DNA of 64,000 nt from Takakia lepidozioides (Eukaryota > Plantae > Bryophyta): the NCBI GenBank assembly GCA_030704615.1, contig CM060734.1, positions 49,972,001 through 50,036,000 on the forward strand, written 5' to 3'. A model generated the notes under the pieces. It did not search any database, had not been told where the DNA came from, and saw only the letters and a list, made by a program, of their open reading frames with translations. This document shows positions 25,701-37,612 of this stretch, piece after piece (position 1 is the first letter of the stretch; every line of letters begins with the position of its first letter). Both the position numbers and the translations under genes were made by a program.

Positions 25701-27882
25701 AGGCTCTAACTCCAAGAAACAGGGGTTGAATACCTTTGGTGCTTTTGCATTTTTGTCTTGCCGAAATTTTTCGTGATTGCCAGTCGATGTCAGGATTATG
25801 AAGTACAAACCAGGGAAGTCCAAGGATCACAGAATTTGTTGGAGACTGGATGACATTGAAAACAATCTGTGATGCTTGATTTTTAAGTTTCACTTCAAGG
25901 GGTCGAGTTTCATGGTCAACATTTCCTGATGTTAATGGTCGTCCATCGATAACTTCAACAGGGGCCGAGAATTTCTTTCTTACGAGCGTTAAATTGTGTT
26001 GCTTCGCAAAGTCTTTGTCAATAAAACACGCCGAAGCGCCCGAGTCCAAAAGTGCTTCTACAGATATATCTCGATTTTGCACCTGATCTTTACTGGAACT
26101 GTGAAACAAGATATAGGGTCTGGAGGTAGGAAAAGACATTTTTTTGGTGAGGAATTTGGGATGTCCAGCCGCATGGTCCCTACTGTGACTGGACATCTTC
26201 GTTTTCCGACCTCCTTGTACCGAACACTTGAGTGGTGCCCCGAGCTTTTGAATCTTCTCTTGTTGGGGCAGTTTAATGTCATGTGATCATTTTCTCCGCA
26301 ATAAAGGCATAATCCATTCGAGCGCCGTCTTTGTTTTTCTTGTGGCGTCAATGGCTTGAATCAGACAGCATCAATCTGCATAAGATCATTACCGGATGTC
26401 TGATGGATCGTTGTATTTGGTGCCGTAATAGCAGCGGCATGGTACGTCGTCAACCATCCATATCGCTGCTCTTGACGTCTTTCGAACAAACGATTATCGC
26501 ATGATGAATTCGCTCAGTACTCACGTTTGGCATTGTCAGCAACAAATTTTTAACATCATCTTTTAGGCTACATCGAAATTGACTAATGAGGCTCTTCTCA
26601 TTCCATTCAAGGTCGCACGCAAGTTGTCAAAATTCGGCAGCATAAACGGAAGCTGGACGTGCTCATTGTCGAAGATTTCGCATCTTTGTCTCTGTAACTC
26701 TCTCTCTCTATCATTATCTCCAAACGTTGCAGTGAACTCAGACATGAACGCTTCACAATTGTATAATAAATGTGAATTTTTCTCTAATAGGTGCAAACCA
26801 AGATAGGGTAGTGTCTGATAGAAGGGTGCCGACGAATCCCACTTGAATACCTTCATCAGAGTAGCGTTGTGGATGTAGTCGTAGGAACAATCGTATTTGT
26901 TGAACAAAACCGCGAAATCTTGATCTCGTCCCATCAAATTTCTCGGGCATGCTGACCTTTGGTTCCGTTGTAATCTGTTGAAGATTTGGAGGAACCGTTG
27001 CAGTAGGATTTGTTGTAGTAGAGACTCGTAAGGTTGAAGATTCATTGTTCGACTCCTTCAACTCTGAAATTTGTTGTTGCAAATTGTTGAGAGCATTGTC
27101 AAGGTCTTGAGACTGATTAGCTTGTAGTTGGGGCAGTAGAGGCACGAAGTTCTTGCATATGGAGCTGAAGACTCTGCAATATGGCGACCATTTCCGCAAA
27201 TGTGCCTTCCATCTTAACTAACTAAGGAACAAACTGCAGTCTCGTCAAACTGTCAAGGACGAAAACATGACTGAACACAAACAAGAGATAAGACTAGATG
27301 TACAAGGCTAGACAAGAAGTCAAGGTCGGCGTGGCCGCATGCACGATGAGTAAATATAAATCAAGACGATCTTTATAGCAATGAACAAGAGTACAAGATA
27401 TTGGAACACGACTTGAATACTGGAATGCTGGAAACTGGACTGGAGTACCAGATACTGGAAACTGGGCTAGGGTACTGGGAACTGGAAACAAGAGTAGTTT
27501 GAACTGGTGTTGGCGAGACTGAAGAGTGTCCAGTCTCGCCACCTTTATATACTGGCTACTAAGAAGCTTTCTTAAGAAGCTTCCCCTATGGAGGTTGCTT
27601 GCTGGAGAAGTTTCCAAGATTAAACAAAGGTTTCTTGATGGAGAAGCTTCCTTAAACAAATGAGGTATCTAGATGAAGAAGTTTCCTCCAAAGGAAGCTT
27701 CCTGAGCAGTTTCCCAAGTTACTCTTGATAATTTGGTAAACTCCCGGTAACTTGGTAAATAATGATAAATCATGGTAGATCATGATAAATCACGGTAAGT
27801 CATGGTAATTTCCGGTAATATGGTAACTTTATAGCTTCTGGTATTTACTCCTGATAAGTTCCTCTAGACTATGTCCGTGACA
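22787..27882 (-). mobile_element. Ty3/gypsy LTR retrotransposon, Tf1/sushi/Tcn1-like, internally deleted. LTRs at 27251-27882 and 22787-24661 (the latter interrupted)
   Basis: TGTCA..TGACA LTR ends; TSD gtgta/gtgtt; gag PEKFDGTRSRFRGFVQQ; knuckle CLYCGENDHMTLNC; protease ALLDSGAS; RT start [21 protein letters not shown] cut off at IDLR; PPT next to 24661; no RNase H or integrase. Confidence 0.92.
22892..24137 (-). mobile_element. TRIM-like non-autonomous LTR element nested in the gypsy LTR; LTRs at 22892-23328 and 23702-24137
   Basis: Two ~437-bp direct repeats; TSD GTAAA (22887-22891 and 24138-24142); Met-type PBS TGGTATTAGAG; PPT AGAGGGAAAGAT; 373-bp interior with a chromodomain remnant. 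Confidence 0.9.
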
Positions 27883-28519
27883 GTGTTTATTTTTTACAGC
27901 ATGAATGATTCATCAGCAAGAAGTTCCAAGGAAAGTTTGTAGGTCCTTACGAACATATGGAGGAGTGTAGTAAGTGGCAGTGCCATCATCGGCTAGAGCT
28001 TTTCCGCAGAGGATCGTAAGCATCCTGGCAAAAAGCAATGCAATACACACCTTCACACCGGCCATTTCTCAATGGTGTTCATGCGTTGAGAGAGAGATAC
28101 ACACACATATGACGGGTTTGTAGTGTGTATGTGTCCAGTTTTACGTGAGATCCCTGAGTTTAAATTTGAAAATTTGATATTCTAGATTTTTCACGCTACA
28201 AAATTCATCCATTCATCTACTTTCATACATACAAAGTAGCAGCTACGTAGCATAAAAAATGATATATCCACAATATACTGAGAAACAAAAGATGTGATTC
28301 AGAGGTTCCACTCCAAAAATGCTTTTGATGGAGTTAAAAAAAATTAAATAATAGGTACACACATTAAAAATTACAAATAAAATGAGAAGATCTGGATATA
28401 TCTATTTTTGAAAAGGTTAAGTCTTGTGGAAGCAAGCCCAATTTATGACGTCACTTCAATCTGACCCCGAAAAAGCTACTATTTTCTGTTTAGAAAGTGG
28501 ACGCCAAGTTGTTATATAT

Positions 28520-28730
28520 AACAAGACTACCTATTTGTAACTTTAAGCTCCAAGTTATATTTAGCATTAAGGTAGTAAGTGAATGCATAGTCAAAACAAG
28601 ACTACCTACTTCGAGGCTAAGGTCCAATTTACTTTTAGCATTAAGGTAGTATTAAGTGAATGCATAGTCAAAACAAAATTACTTACTTCAAAGGTTAAAG
28701 ATCAAGCTACTTTTAGAGGTAAGGTAGTTG
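28520..28730. repeat. ~75-bp imperfect tandem repeat, about 3 copies
   Basis: aacaagactaccta...tttagcattaaggtagta..agtgaatgcatagtcaa repeated. Confidence 0.7.
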
Positions 28731-28787
28731 TTGGCCAAATGGAGGTTCACCTCTGTAAGTGTGCATAAAAGGACATTCCAAAAATTT

Positions 28788-28899
28788 CAACGCGAAGAAC
28801 CTTACCAGGGCTTGACAATCCCCTTGAAAGGGAGGAGTGCCTTCGGGAATGCGGCGGACAGAGGTTGGTGCATGATTGTTGTCAGCTCGTGTCGTAAGG

Positions 28900-28933
<34 letters not shown>

Positions 28934-29393
28934 GTGCTTAGTTACCATCATTTAGTTTGAAACCCTAAATAGAATGTCGGTGATAAGCCAAAGGAAGGTG
29001 AGGATGACATCAAGTCAACATGCCCCTTACGCCCTAGCCGACACACGTGCTACAATGGCCGGGACAAAGGGCGGCAACCCCGCGAGGGCAAGCTTACCTA
29101 AAAAACTTGGCCTCAGTTCGGATTGCAGGCTGCAACTCGCCTCCATAAAGCTAGAATCGCTAGTAATCGTCGGTCAGCCATACGGCGGTGAATCCGTTCT
29201 CGGGTCTTGTACCCACCGCCCGTCACACTATGGGAGCTGGCCATGCCCAAAGTCGTTAACCTAACCGCAATGAGGGGGATGCCGAAGGCAGGGCTAGTGA
29301 CTGGAGTGAAGTTGTAACAAGGTAGTCGTATTGGAAGGTGTGGCTGGATCACCTCCTTTTCAGGGAGAGCTAATGTTTGTTGGGCTTTTTGGT
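28788..29393 (+). pseudogene. rrn16: Nuclear plastid DNA (NUPT): 3' ~570 nt of plastid 16S rRNA plus the start of the downstream spacer
   Basis: caacgcgaagaaccttacc, gtcccgcaacgagcgcaaccc and ggatcacctccttt, followed by land-plant plastid spacer tcagggagagctaatg; many transitions and small indels in conserved motifs. Confidence 0.9.
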
Positions 29394-31111
29394 CCTAACG
29401 CTTCTCCTTTCTCTTTAGAGAATTGCAAGAATAATCTTAGAAAATACTTAGGCGAAACTAAAATATGCTCACGCCATATAAAATGCGAAACTTTTCGAAA
29501 GGTTTGCTTACATGAGCACAAGTCAGTGAGCTGGGGCTTAACGAATTTTTTTGTTAAGGCCAATTTCTTAAACCATGCTTAGTGATTAATTGTTGTCTTT
29601 TTCACCATGTGATGTTGTCGCCTATAGCAGTCCCTAATATGCGAAAGGAGTCATAGTTCATTTTGTTTTGTCCATGAAATTGTTGGATAATGACCTATTG
29701 CCACAATTACATAAAATTTTGTTAACAAAATATATCAACAAAGATGTCATCCAGTTTTCCTTAATACAATCCTAGAAAATCTATATTCCCGATCTATTAA
29801 AAACCCCTTGTGCCTTATTATATTAAATTATTGAATTAACTATTTGATTATTTGTGTGTTTTGGATGGTGTTCATATTTGTGACTTTGTTTTTCCTAGTG
29901 TATTATTATTTTTCAGAATACCAATTTGTAAATATATGGGACTTAGAACTTATAAATATACAGTAAGAGAGCCTATTCGTGCTAGAAACCAGTGTTAGGC
30001 GGTTATTACCCAAATTGTCATACCCCAACACTGGTTATTAGTGTACCTACGCCAAAAAATCTAACATCTATTCTACCAAATTATTGCGTACCTTTTTATC
30101 ATTATTTATCACTGGGGCTTCGGGTTGCTCCGCACTTTGTTCAAGTTTTGCAAAAATGAGACCATGGGTCAATCGCAAAAAAAATGGTGGACTGTTTCCG
30201 CAGCTATCATGTCTCCGTTTTATGAATGTTGTTTTGGAAATGGATCCATTTTTCGATAGTTTATGCAATCTCTTAAATGGGTTCTCATAACCGGTGATGT
30301 GATCAGGAATTTGTCGGATTTGTAATTTGTAATTTTTATTCAATAGAAATAATAACATAATAATAAAATATATTATTGTTGGAATATCAAATTGTAACTA
30401 AAAGAATAATAATAAAATTATTTTTAGATTGAACGGGGACAGAGGCGCAGTTAAATTGCAGTTTACTGTCTAATAATATTTGGCCAACTACATTGTAATT
30501 AGACATAGAACAAGCCTCAAATGGCAATTGGCTCTCTGGTTGGACTGACCATAACCGGCTTACATTGCTGATCTCGTACCATACTTTCTATTCTCAGACA
30601 GCGAAATCTTCCTTCTCCTCCTTCTCCCATGCTTCTCCTTCTCAATTTCTGGCCTGGTCATGCTCATAGTAGCTGCCCTATATGGGCATCTTTGAGAGCC
30701 CATATTCTATGGAATTTATGGAAAGCCAGATGTGTTTGGGCCTATGAGGGAAAGCCCCCAGAGGCAGATTTGTTTTGTTCAACACTTACCATGATCTGCT
30801 GACTGAGGGGAGGAAAGCATGGGATGTGGTGTGTGCAGCTATTAACAGGGCCCGAGTAAGGTGCTTCAGGGTTCCCAGCAGTCCTGGGGCAAAGGCGACT
30901 TGCTCGGAACCTACATTTCCAACATGCATTTTGCCTGGAAAGTTTCTATCCCCTCTCATTGGGAAGTCACTTGGTGAAGGGGAAGAAGTAGAGTTAATTA
31001 ATTGGCGCCACAAGAAAGCTCAAGACACGAAGCTTAGAACTCAGTTGAAGTTTTGAATCCTGCACCTTCTTTGCTTTGGCCTCCAACGCTGCCCTGTTCA
31101 CAAGCCTCACA

Positions 31112-34100
31112 TATTACAAAACTCAGCAACATAAAGCTCAAGCTTTACTATAATAGATCTCCACAAGAACGGTGGTCTGAGACATAGACTTACAGGTCTT
31201 ATATCGGTTACCTCACCTACCTATGTTTACAACATGCAGTGTGCTAATAACTCTATCAGCTTAATTTCTATCTACCCAGTTGTCTCTTTCATTGATGACT
31301 AACTATACAGCAAATCTTGCTGACTCTAGTTCTATTTGTGTGTTACAGATAACCCTGACTTTAAAGTTACAGATCAGGTGGTTTGTTATTTCTACACTCC
31401 CTCTCAAACCACAATTATAGAATTCTAGTTTGGACCTCTAACTTCTTCCAAACTCCTCAGGCCTACTTCGAATCTGCACTTCTCAAACTTGAGTCTTCCT
31501 AAGGCTTTTGTCATAATGTCCGTAATCTGTTCGGTGGTTGAGACATAATTGACCTCTAGGTTCCCTAACAAAATCTGTTCTCGAACAAAATGATATTGGA
31601 CTTCTATGTGTTTAGTTCTAGCATGAAAAACAGGGTTATGCACTATCTTAATGCAACTCTGATTATCACAGTACATCTGAATAGGTGCCCTTTCGTCTGC
31701 AAGACTCAATTCTTGAAGCATTCGCTTCAGCCAAACAGACTCCTTGGTGCTATCTGATAATGACCTATATTCAGCCTCTGTCGATGATAAGGCTGCAGTT
31801 GGTTGACGTTTACTCAGCCAGCTTATGGGCCCTGCTCCCAACCTAAAAATGAAGTTACTTGTTGATCTTCTGCTGTCATAGTCCCTAGCCCAATCGGAGT
31901 CGGAATATCCGTTGATGACATTAGAGTCACCTCTCCAGTACATGATTCCCAAATTAGTTGTTCCTTTGAGGTATCTCAATATGTGCTTCACTACTTCGAG
32001 ATGCGTTTCCTCATGCCTCTCCATGAATATGCTTGCTACTCCAACTACATAACTGATGTCGGGTCTAGTATTGGTCAAATAGAGAAGCTTCCCCACCATT
32101 CTCCGATACATTGTTGCATCTACTGCTTCTGTCCCCATATCTGCTGCTAACCTGAGTCCCTCTGCCATGGGCGTTTTGCTCGTTCTGCAGTCTTCCATGT
32201 TAAATTCTCTCAACATGTCCATGATGTAGAGCTTTTTCCCCATGAATATCCCTTTGTCAACATGGGTAAACTCTACTCCGAGATATCTGCTCAATCGGCC
32301 AAGGCTAGACATTTCAAAGACACTCTCGAGTTGGGTTTGGAGCAAGCTAATCTTGGTAGTATCGCTACCAGTCAACAAATAGGTCATCCACATAGAGTGC
32401 TAGAATGACTGTTTTGCCATCCTCATTGAAGAAATGGAGATTACAATCTGATTCACTTCTGTTGAGACCTTGTGTTCTCAAGTAGGTGTCTATCCTCTCA
32501 TACCAGGCTCTTGGAGCCTGCTTCAATCCGTACAATGCTCTTCTTAACCTGCAGACCTTTCCTTCTTCTCCTGGCTTGATAAATCCATCAGGTTGCATCA
32601 TATACACTTCCTCTCTCAACTCCCCATTTAGAAAAGCGGTCTTCACGTCTAATTGATTGATCTCCCATCCCTCATGAGCAGCCATGGCAATAACGGTTCT
32701 GATTGTCGCCCATTTTACCACTGGGGCAAACGTCTCATCATAATCCAAACCCTCAACCTGTTGGAATCCCCTAGCCACAAGCCTTGCCTTTAATTTTTCA
32801 GGCTTTCCAGTTGATCCCATCTTTATCTTGTACACCCTTTTTGTTGTTATGGGTTGTTTCCCCGAAGGAAGATCTACCAACTCCCACGTTTTGTTTTTAG
32901 CGATCAACTCCATTTCAGAGTTCATAGCTTCTCTCCAGCCTCTACTCACAATCGCTTCTTCAAAGGTTGCGGGTTCCTGCTCTTCTATGGACATAATGAA
33001 GTCAGTGTACCTCTTTGGTAGACGTTTCTGTCTTGTTGATTGCCGTGGCACATTCTCCTCAATATTCTCCCTCGAGTGTGCTTGTATTTCTCTCGAGATG
33101 TTGCCACTATCCAACGAAGAGCCATCATGCATCAAAGGTGATGTCACTCCTTGCATCGTCTCAATTTCACTGTCAGAAAACCCTTCAGATGCATCGGTGT
33201 TTCCATCATTTGACAAAGCACGCTCTTGTATTGTAGCAGGTGATGCAAGAAGCTTAGTTTTCAAGTCATCTTTCACTTCCCCGAAGACAAACTGACTGAT
33301 ATGTGTCGGTTCTTGTAGTGCATCAGTGTCATTTGCCCTAAATCCAAACTGGGACTCATTGAATCTGACATCCTTGCTAATTTCAATGATTTTCTTCTTT
33401 GGATAGAACAACCTGTATGCTTTGCTCTGCTCGTCATACCCAACTATAAGGCATCGCTGGGACTTGGATTGAAGTTTATTTCTCTTATTTTTTGCAACAT
33501 GCATGAACGCCTCACAACCCCAGACTCTCAAATGGTCTAGCCGAGGTTTCTCGCCTGTAAGCTTATGGATGGGAGTCATACCTTCGTTTGCACGAGTAGG
33601 AAGTCTATTGGCCAAATAGTTTGCCGCATTCATAGCCTCTGTCCAAAGATAATCGGAGTTTGTTGGGTATAAACATGCTCCGAGCCTTTTCCAACAGCGT
33701 TCGATTCTTCCTTTCAAAAACTCCATTTTGATAAGGAGTATATGCTTGTGTCAACTCCCTCTTAATCCCATGTTCTCTGCAAAAATTGACGAAGGGCGAT
33801 GATGTAAACTCACCTCCACGGTCTGATCGCAGTGCTACTAGCTTTTCCTCGGTCTGAGTTTCGGCAAGTAGCTTAAACTGTTTAAATTTCTCCAAGGTCT
33901 CTGACTTCTTCTTGAGAAAAAATATCCAAGTGAATCTGCTATAATCATCAGTGAAGGTAGCAAAATACTTAGAACCGCGTAATGATGCTGTTGGCAATGG
34001 TCCACATAGGTCAATGTGAACCAACTCGAGCGGCCTGTTCGCCCTTCTTGTGCTGATTTTCGGAGCTGGCTCTCGGACTTGTCGCCCTGCCATGCAATGT

Positions 34101-35944
34101 TCGCAGGTTTCATCTAGGTCATCAAGCGTTGGCAACCCTTCTGCAAGATTTTGCTTTTCTAGTAGCTTCATGTTCTGAGAGCCTAGATGCCCCAGCCTTT
34201 GATGCCACAACATGACTTCCTTCTCTCTCGATGACACAACATTTACTTCTATCTGTTGTATATCCATCTTATAGAGACCATTTCTAGGATCACGAATCTT
34301 TTTTGCTACTATCTATTTGGGCCCATTTTTGGACATTACTAGACATCTATGCGAATCAAACACAACGATGTGTCCCTTGTCCGCTATAGATCCTACTGAC
34401 GACAAAATTTTGGTCAGACCCGGTACGTAGAGAACCTCGTCAATCCTTTTTATTCCTGAAGGGGTTACAAATGTGGCTTTGCCTTTGCCTTTCACAGTGT
34501 GAATCTGCCCTCCTGCAGACTTCACACGTCCATCATTCACAGAGGCCTCAAAACTGTCCAAACTACTTTTCTTTCCCGTCATATGTTTGGATGCCCCCGA
34601 GTCAAAGTACCATGGGCTTCCATCGTGTGTTTTCTCTATCTCAAGAGAGGCCACTGCCATTTCAAACAGATCAGATCCCTCTTCAATAGACTCCTTGTCT
34701 TCATCACTTGATTCAGTTTGCACGATGTTTGCAACTTGCTTCCCTTTTGCCTTATGCTACTATTTGTTTGATGTGGTTTCTTCCCCATTTTTTTTGGGTT
34801 AGTGCACTCACGGGCCCAGTGACTTGGTTCTCCACAATTGTAGCACTTGTCAGGCCTTGGCTTGGTCGACCTATGCTCATCGTTCCTTTTGTATAGCTTC
34901 TTAAACTTCATGATCAAAGCCTCCTCCTCAACCTTCTTGTTTCTTCGTGATGGATTCGAGTCACAAGCTGGTCAAGTGTAGGAAATTCGTCCCTACTGGA
35001 GATGCTTTGTATGAATGACTCATAGCTCTCAGGTAGAGCATAGAGTATCGCCATGACGATATCTTCATTTGGTATGACATCTCCCATTGCTAGCAGCTGT
35101 TGGAGCAGATCCTGCACATTTCTTAGGTAGTCAGATACACTACTACCCTCAATCACCTTGGCACTATACAACTGATTCCTGATCAACAGTCTTTTGGCTG
35201 GACTTGTTGAGGCAAACAAATTTTCTAGCTTGTTCCAGACTTGACGGGGATCATCAATCTCAGATATGTATGGTATGATCTCATCTTTCACTTAAAGATT
35301 AATCATGGCGAGTAGCCTTTGCTTCCTGCGATTTGTGAGCTCCGAGTCATCCTCCGGCTGTGTGTCGGTGATGATGTTCCAGAGATCGTCACGAACGATC
35401 ATATTCTTCAATCTGAACCTCCAAGTATGATAATTGGCTACTCCCGCCAGCTTGTTGACTTCAAAGATAGCTCCCTCACTACCTCCTGTCATTCTCGACG
35501 AGTGTGGAATTTCGAGTGCTTTGAGCGTCATTCTCCTTGTAGGACTAGTCACCTCTGACTCTTGAACACCACGCTCTTCCACTGAAATCTCTATAGTCAT
35601 CACCGTAGACACTTGTATCTATCTGTAAGCTAAGGATCAAATGGCTGGCCCTGATACCATGTTACAAAACTCAGCAACATAAAGCTCAAGCTTTACTATA
35701 ATAGATCTCCACAAGAACGGTGGTCTGAGACACAAACTTTCAGGTCTTATATCGGTTACCTCACCTACCTATGTTTACAACATGCCATGTGCTAATAACT
35801 CTATCGGCTTAATTTCTATCTACCCAATTGTCTCTTTCATTGATGACTAACTATACAACAAATCTTGCTGACTCTAGTTCTATTTGTGTGTTACAGATAA
35901 CCCCGACTTTATAGTTACAGATTAGGTGGTTTGTTATTTCTACA
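31112..35944 (-). mobile_element. Full-length degenerate Ty1/copia LTR retrotransposon; LTRs at 31112-31396 and 35660-35944
   Basis: 285-bp LTRs; TSD TCACA; PBS TGGTATCAGGGCC; PPT; gag (LYALPESYESF), knuckle CYNCGEPSHWAREC, protease WYFDSGASKHM, GAG-pre-integrase LWHQRLGH, integrase LRSDRGGEF, RT LDVKTAFLNG..LYVDD and RNase H IEVQYHFVRE; stops and frameshifts present. Confidence 0.96.
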
Positions 35945-37612
35945 TCACAGATATTAGAAGTAGTGTTGTGCGTACTTGCTTTTTCTCTCTACAGCTAGGC
36001 TTCCTCGCACTCTCCTCGTTTTTCCAACCTTTCTTTTGTTTTGGCTCTTCCAGGTGAAGATTCTAGGATCTCTGATTTGTTTCTACTACAACCCCTAATC
36101 TCCTCAGCCCATCCTCTCCCCCAACTTCCCTTTCACTCACTAAATTCCCTCTAAGCCTTCAGTAGATAGTTTGCAGTTTGTTTAGGATTTGGGGGAGTCC
36201 CCCCTTGTAAGCCTTCACGGCCCTGGCAGTGGTTACTTTTTCCACTGATGTGACTATTTTATTTATTTAATTTGATTAATAGGGCTGCCATCCCCATTTA
36301 TGAAAAAAAATCTTAAAATCAAATTGAAAAATATTCAATCATATATTATTTTCATTTGAATTAAACAGGCCTCTCATTATAGGATAATAGAACACATAAA
36401 ATAAATAAAATAACATACATAGCAGATAACTGAAAACCACCCAATAAATTCCCAATATTTCATTTTACCCTTCAAAACATGTTTAATACATATTCCCCTT
36501 TTTTTAATAAGGAAAGGGGACGGTATTCCTTTTTTTTAATTATTATTATTATTTAAGGAAATGGAGCAGGACCCTGGTAAAACTTTATTGAGAAGATTAT
36601 TGAAGGAAAAAAATTAAAACCCTTGTTTGCCCGAAGGTCGCCATAAGGCTTTTCGCATGGAGACCATGCCGGATTCTCGCAGATATGTGACCTGAAGCTA
36701 CAATTCATGTATCGAAGAACCAAACTTCACCTAGCTAGAAATAAGCTAACAATAGAGACTCCTATTCATCAATAGGCACCATTGGCATCACCCTCTTTAT
36801 ATTGAAGAGGGGACCCTAATGGAAGTGAACTCCCATCCGGAAGGAGAATGCCATAACGGCTTAGTGTGACAGGTGCAACCCTAGGTGTCTAGCGTAGCGT
36901 GGAACTGGGACGGAATGGCGATAGATAAGCAGGGAGGGAGAGAAGAGGTCATAGAAGAGGGAGATTAGAAGAAGATCCAGAAAGGAGGGAAGGAAGGTGG
37001 AAAGTAGGGATCAAGCAGGACACTATCTATCTGTGGAAGTGTAGCCTCACTGCCGATGCAGGTCTGATTCCATTTAAAAGTTGAAGATTATCTAAAATAC
37101 ATTGAAAACCAAACTAACAGTGTAGCCATGGATGCGTCTTCTTACAACAATGTTTCATCCATCCCAAGATCACAGGTCCCTGCAACGTGACAACCAACAG
37201 TTAGCGGTTAGCCCTTTTCTTCCCCAAGCCTGCTCTGCATACCTCGTCTCTTCACTGATCTCTAAGACATGCAGGTGTATGGTCACAGATCTTTCCACAT
37301 ACACAGTTTTACTCATGTAACCCAACCCAAGAGATGCTGGCAGCTGAACAGAGCTTCGAGTATTCTGAATGGTACTGAGTCCTTTTGATTTGGTCTGCTG
37401 CAAGAGAAGAGGCTGAAGATGCGAAAGGGAGGTTGAGATGAGCTTGCAAAAATTTGTGGCATCAAGTCCGTGAGGTAACAACAAGATCAGCAGGTTCTCG
37501 TGTTGCAAATTGATGTTGGTATCACTCGTTTATGCATTTTTCAGTGCAGATGTAGTCGTATGATCACCCGTGGGAGAGAGGGAGAAATGGGACCGAGAGT
37601 GAAACCACAGCA

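Larger units (their letters stand above)
22222..28065 (-). pseudogene. EG45-like / plant natriuretic peptide-like (RlpA double-psi beta-barrel, expansin-related) gene, interrupted by a gypsy element and apparently degenerate
   Basis: Exon 1 at 28065-27951 reads MAGVKVCIALLFARMLTILCGKALADDGTATYYTPPYV then a GTAAG donor. The remnant at 22452-22243 reads DDGNACGNYYSITCKGGANDGVPCKSTRSITIRVVKQCLGCQATFDLSQQAFDDIAD..GIILISY. The expected PSACYG..MIAAAS segment is not recognisable. Confidence 0.8.

Noticed and set aside
28788-29357. Functional or bacterial 16S rRNA gene (contamination or HGT)
   Set aside because: Only the 3' part is present, conserved motifs are mutated, and the downstream spacer is land-plant plastid type, so it is a NUPT
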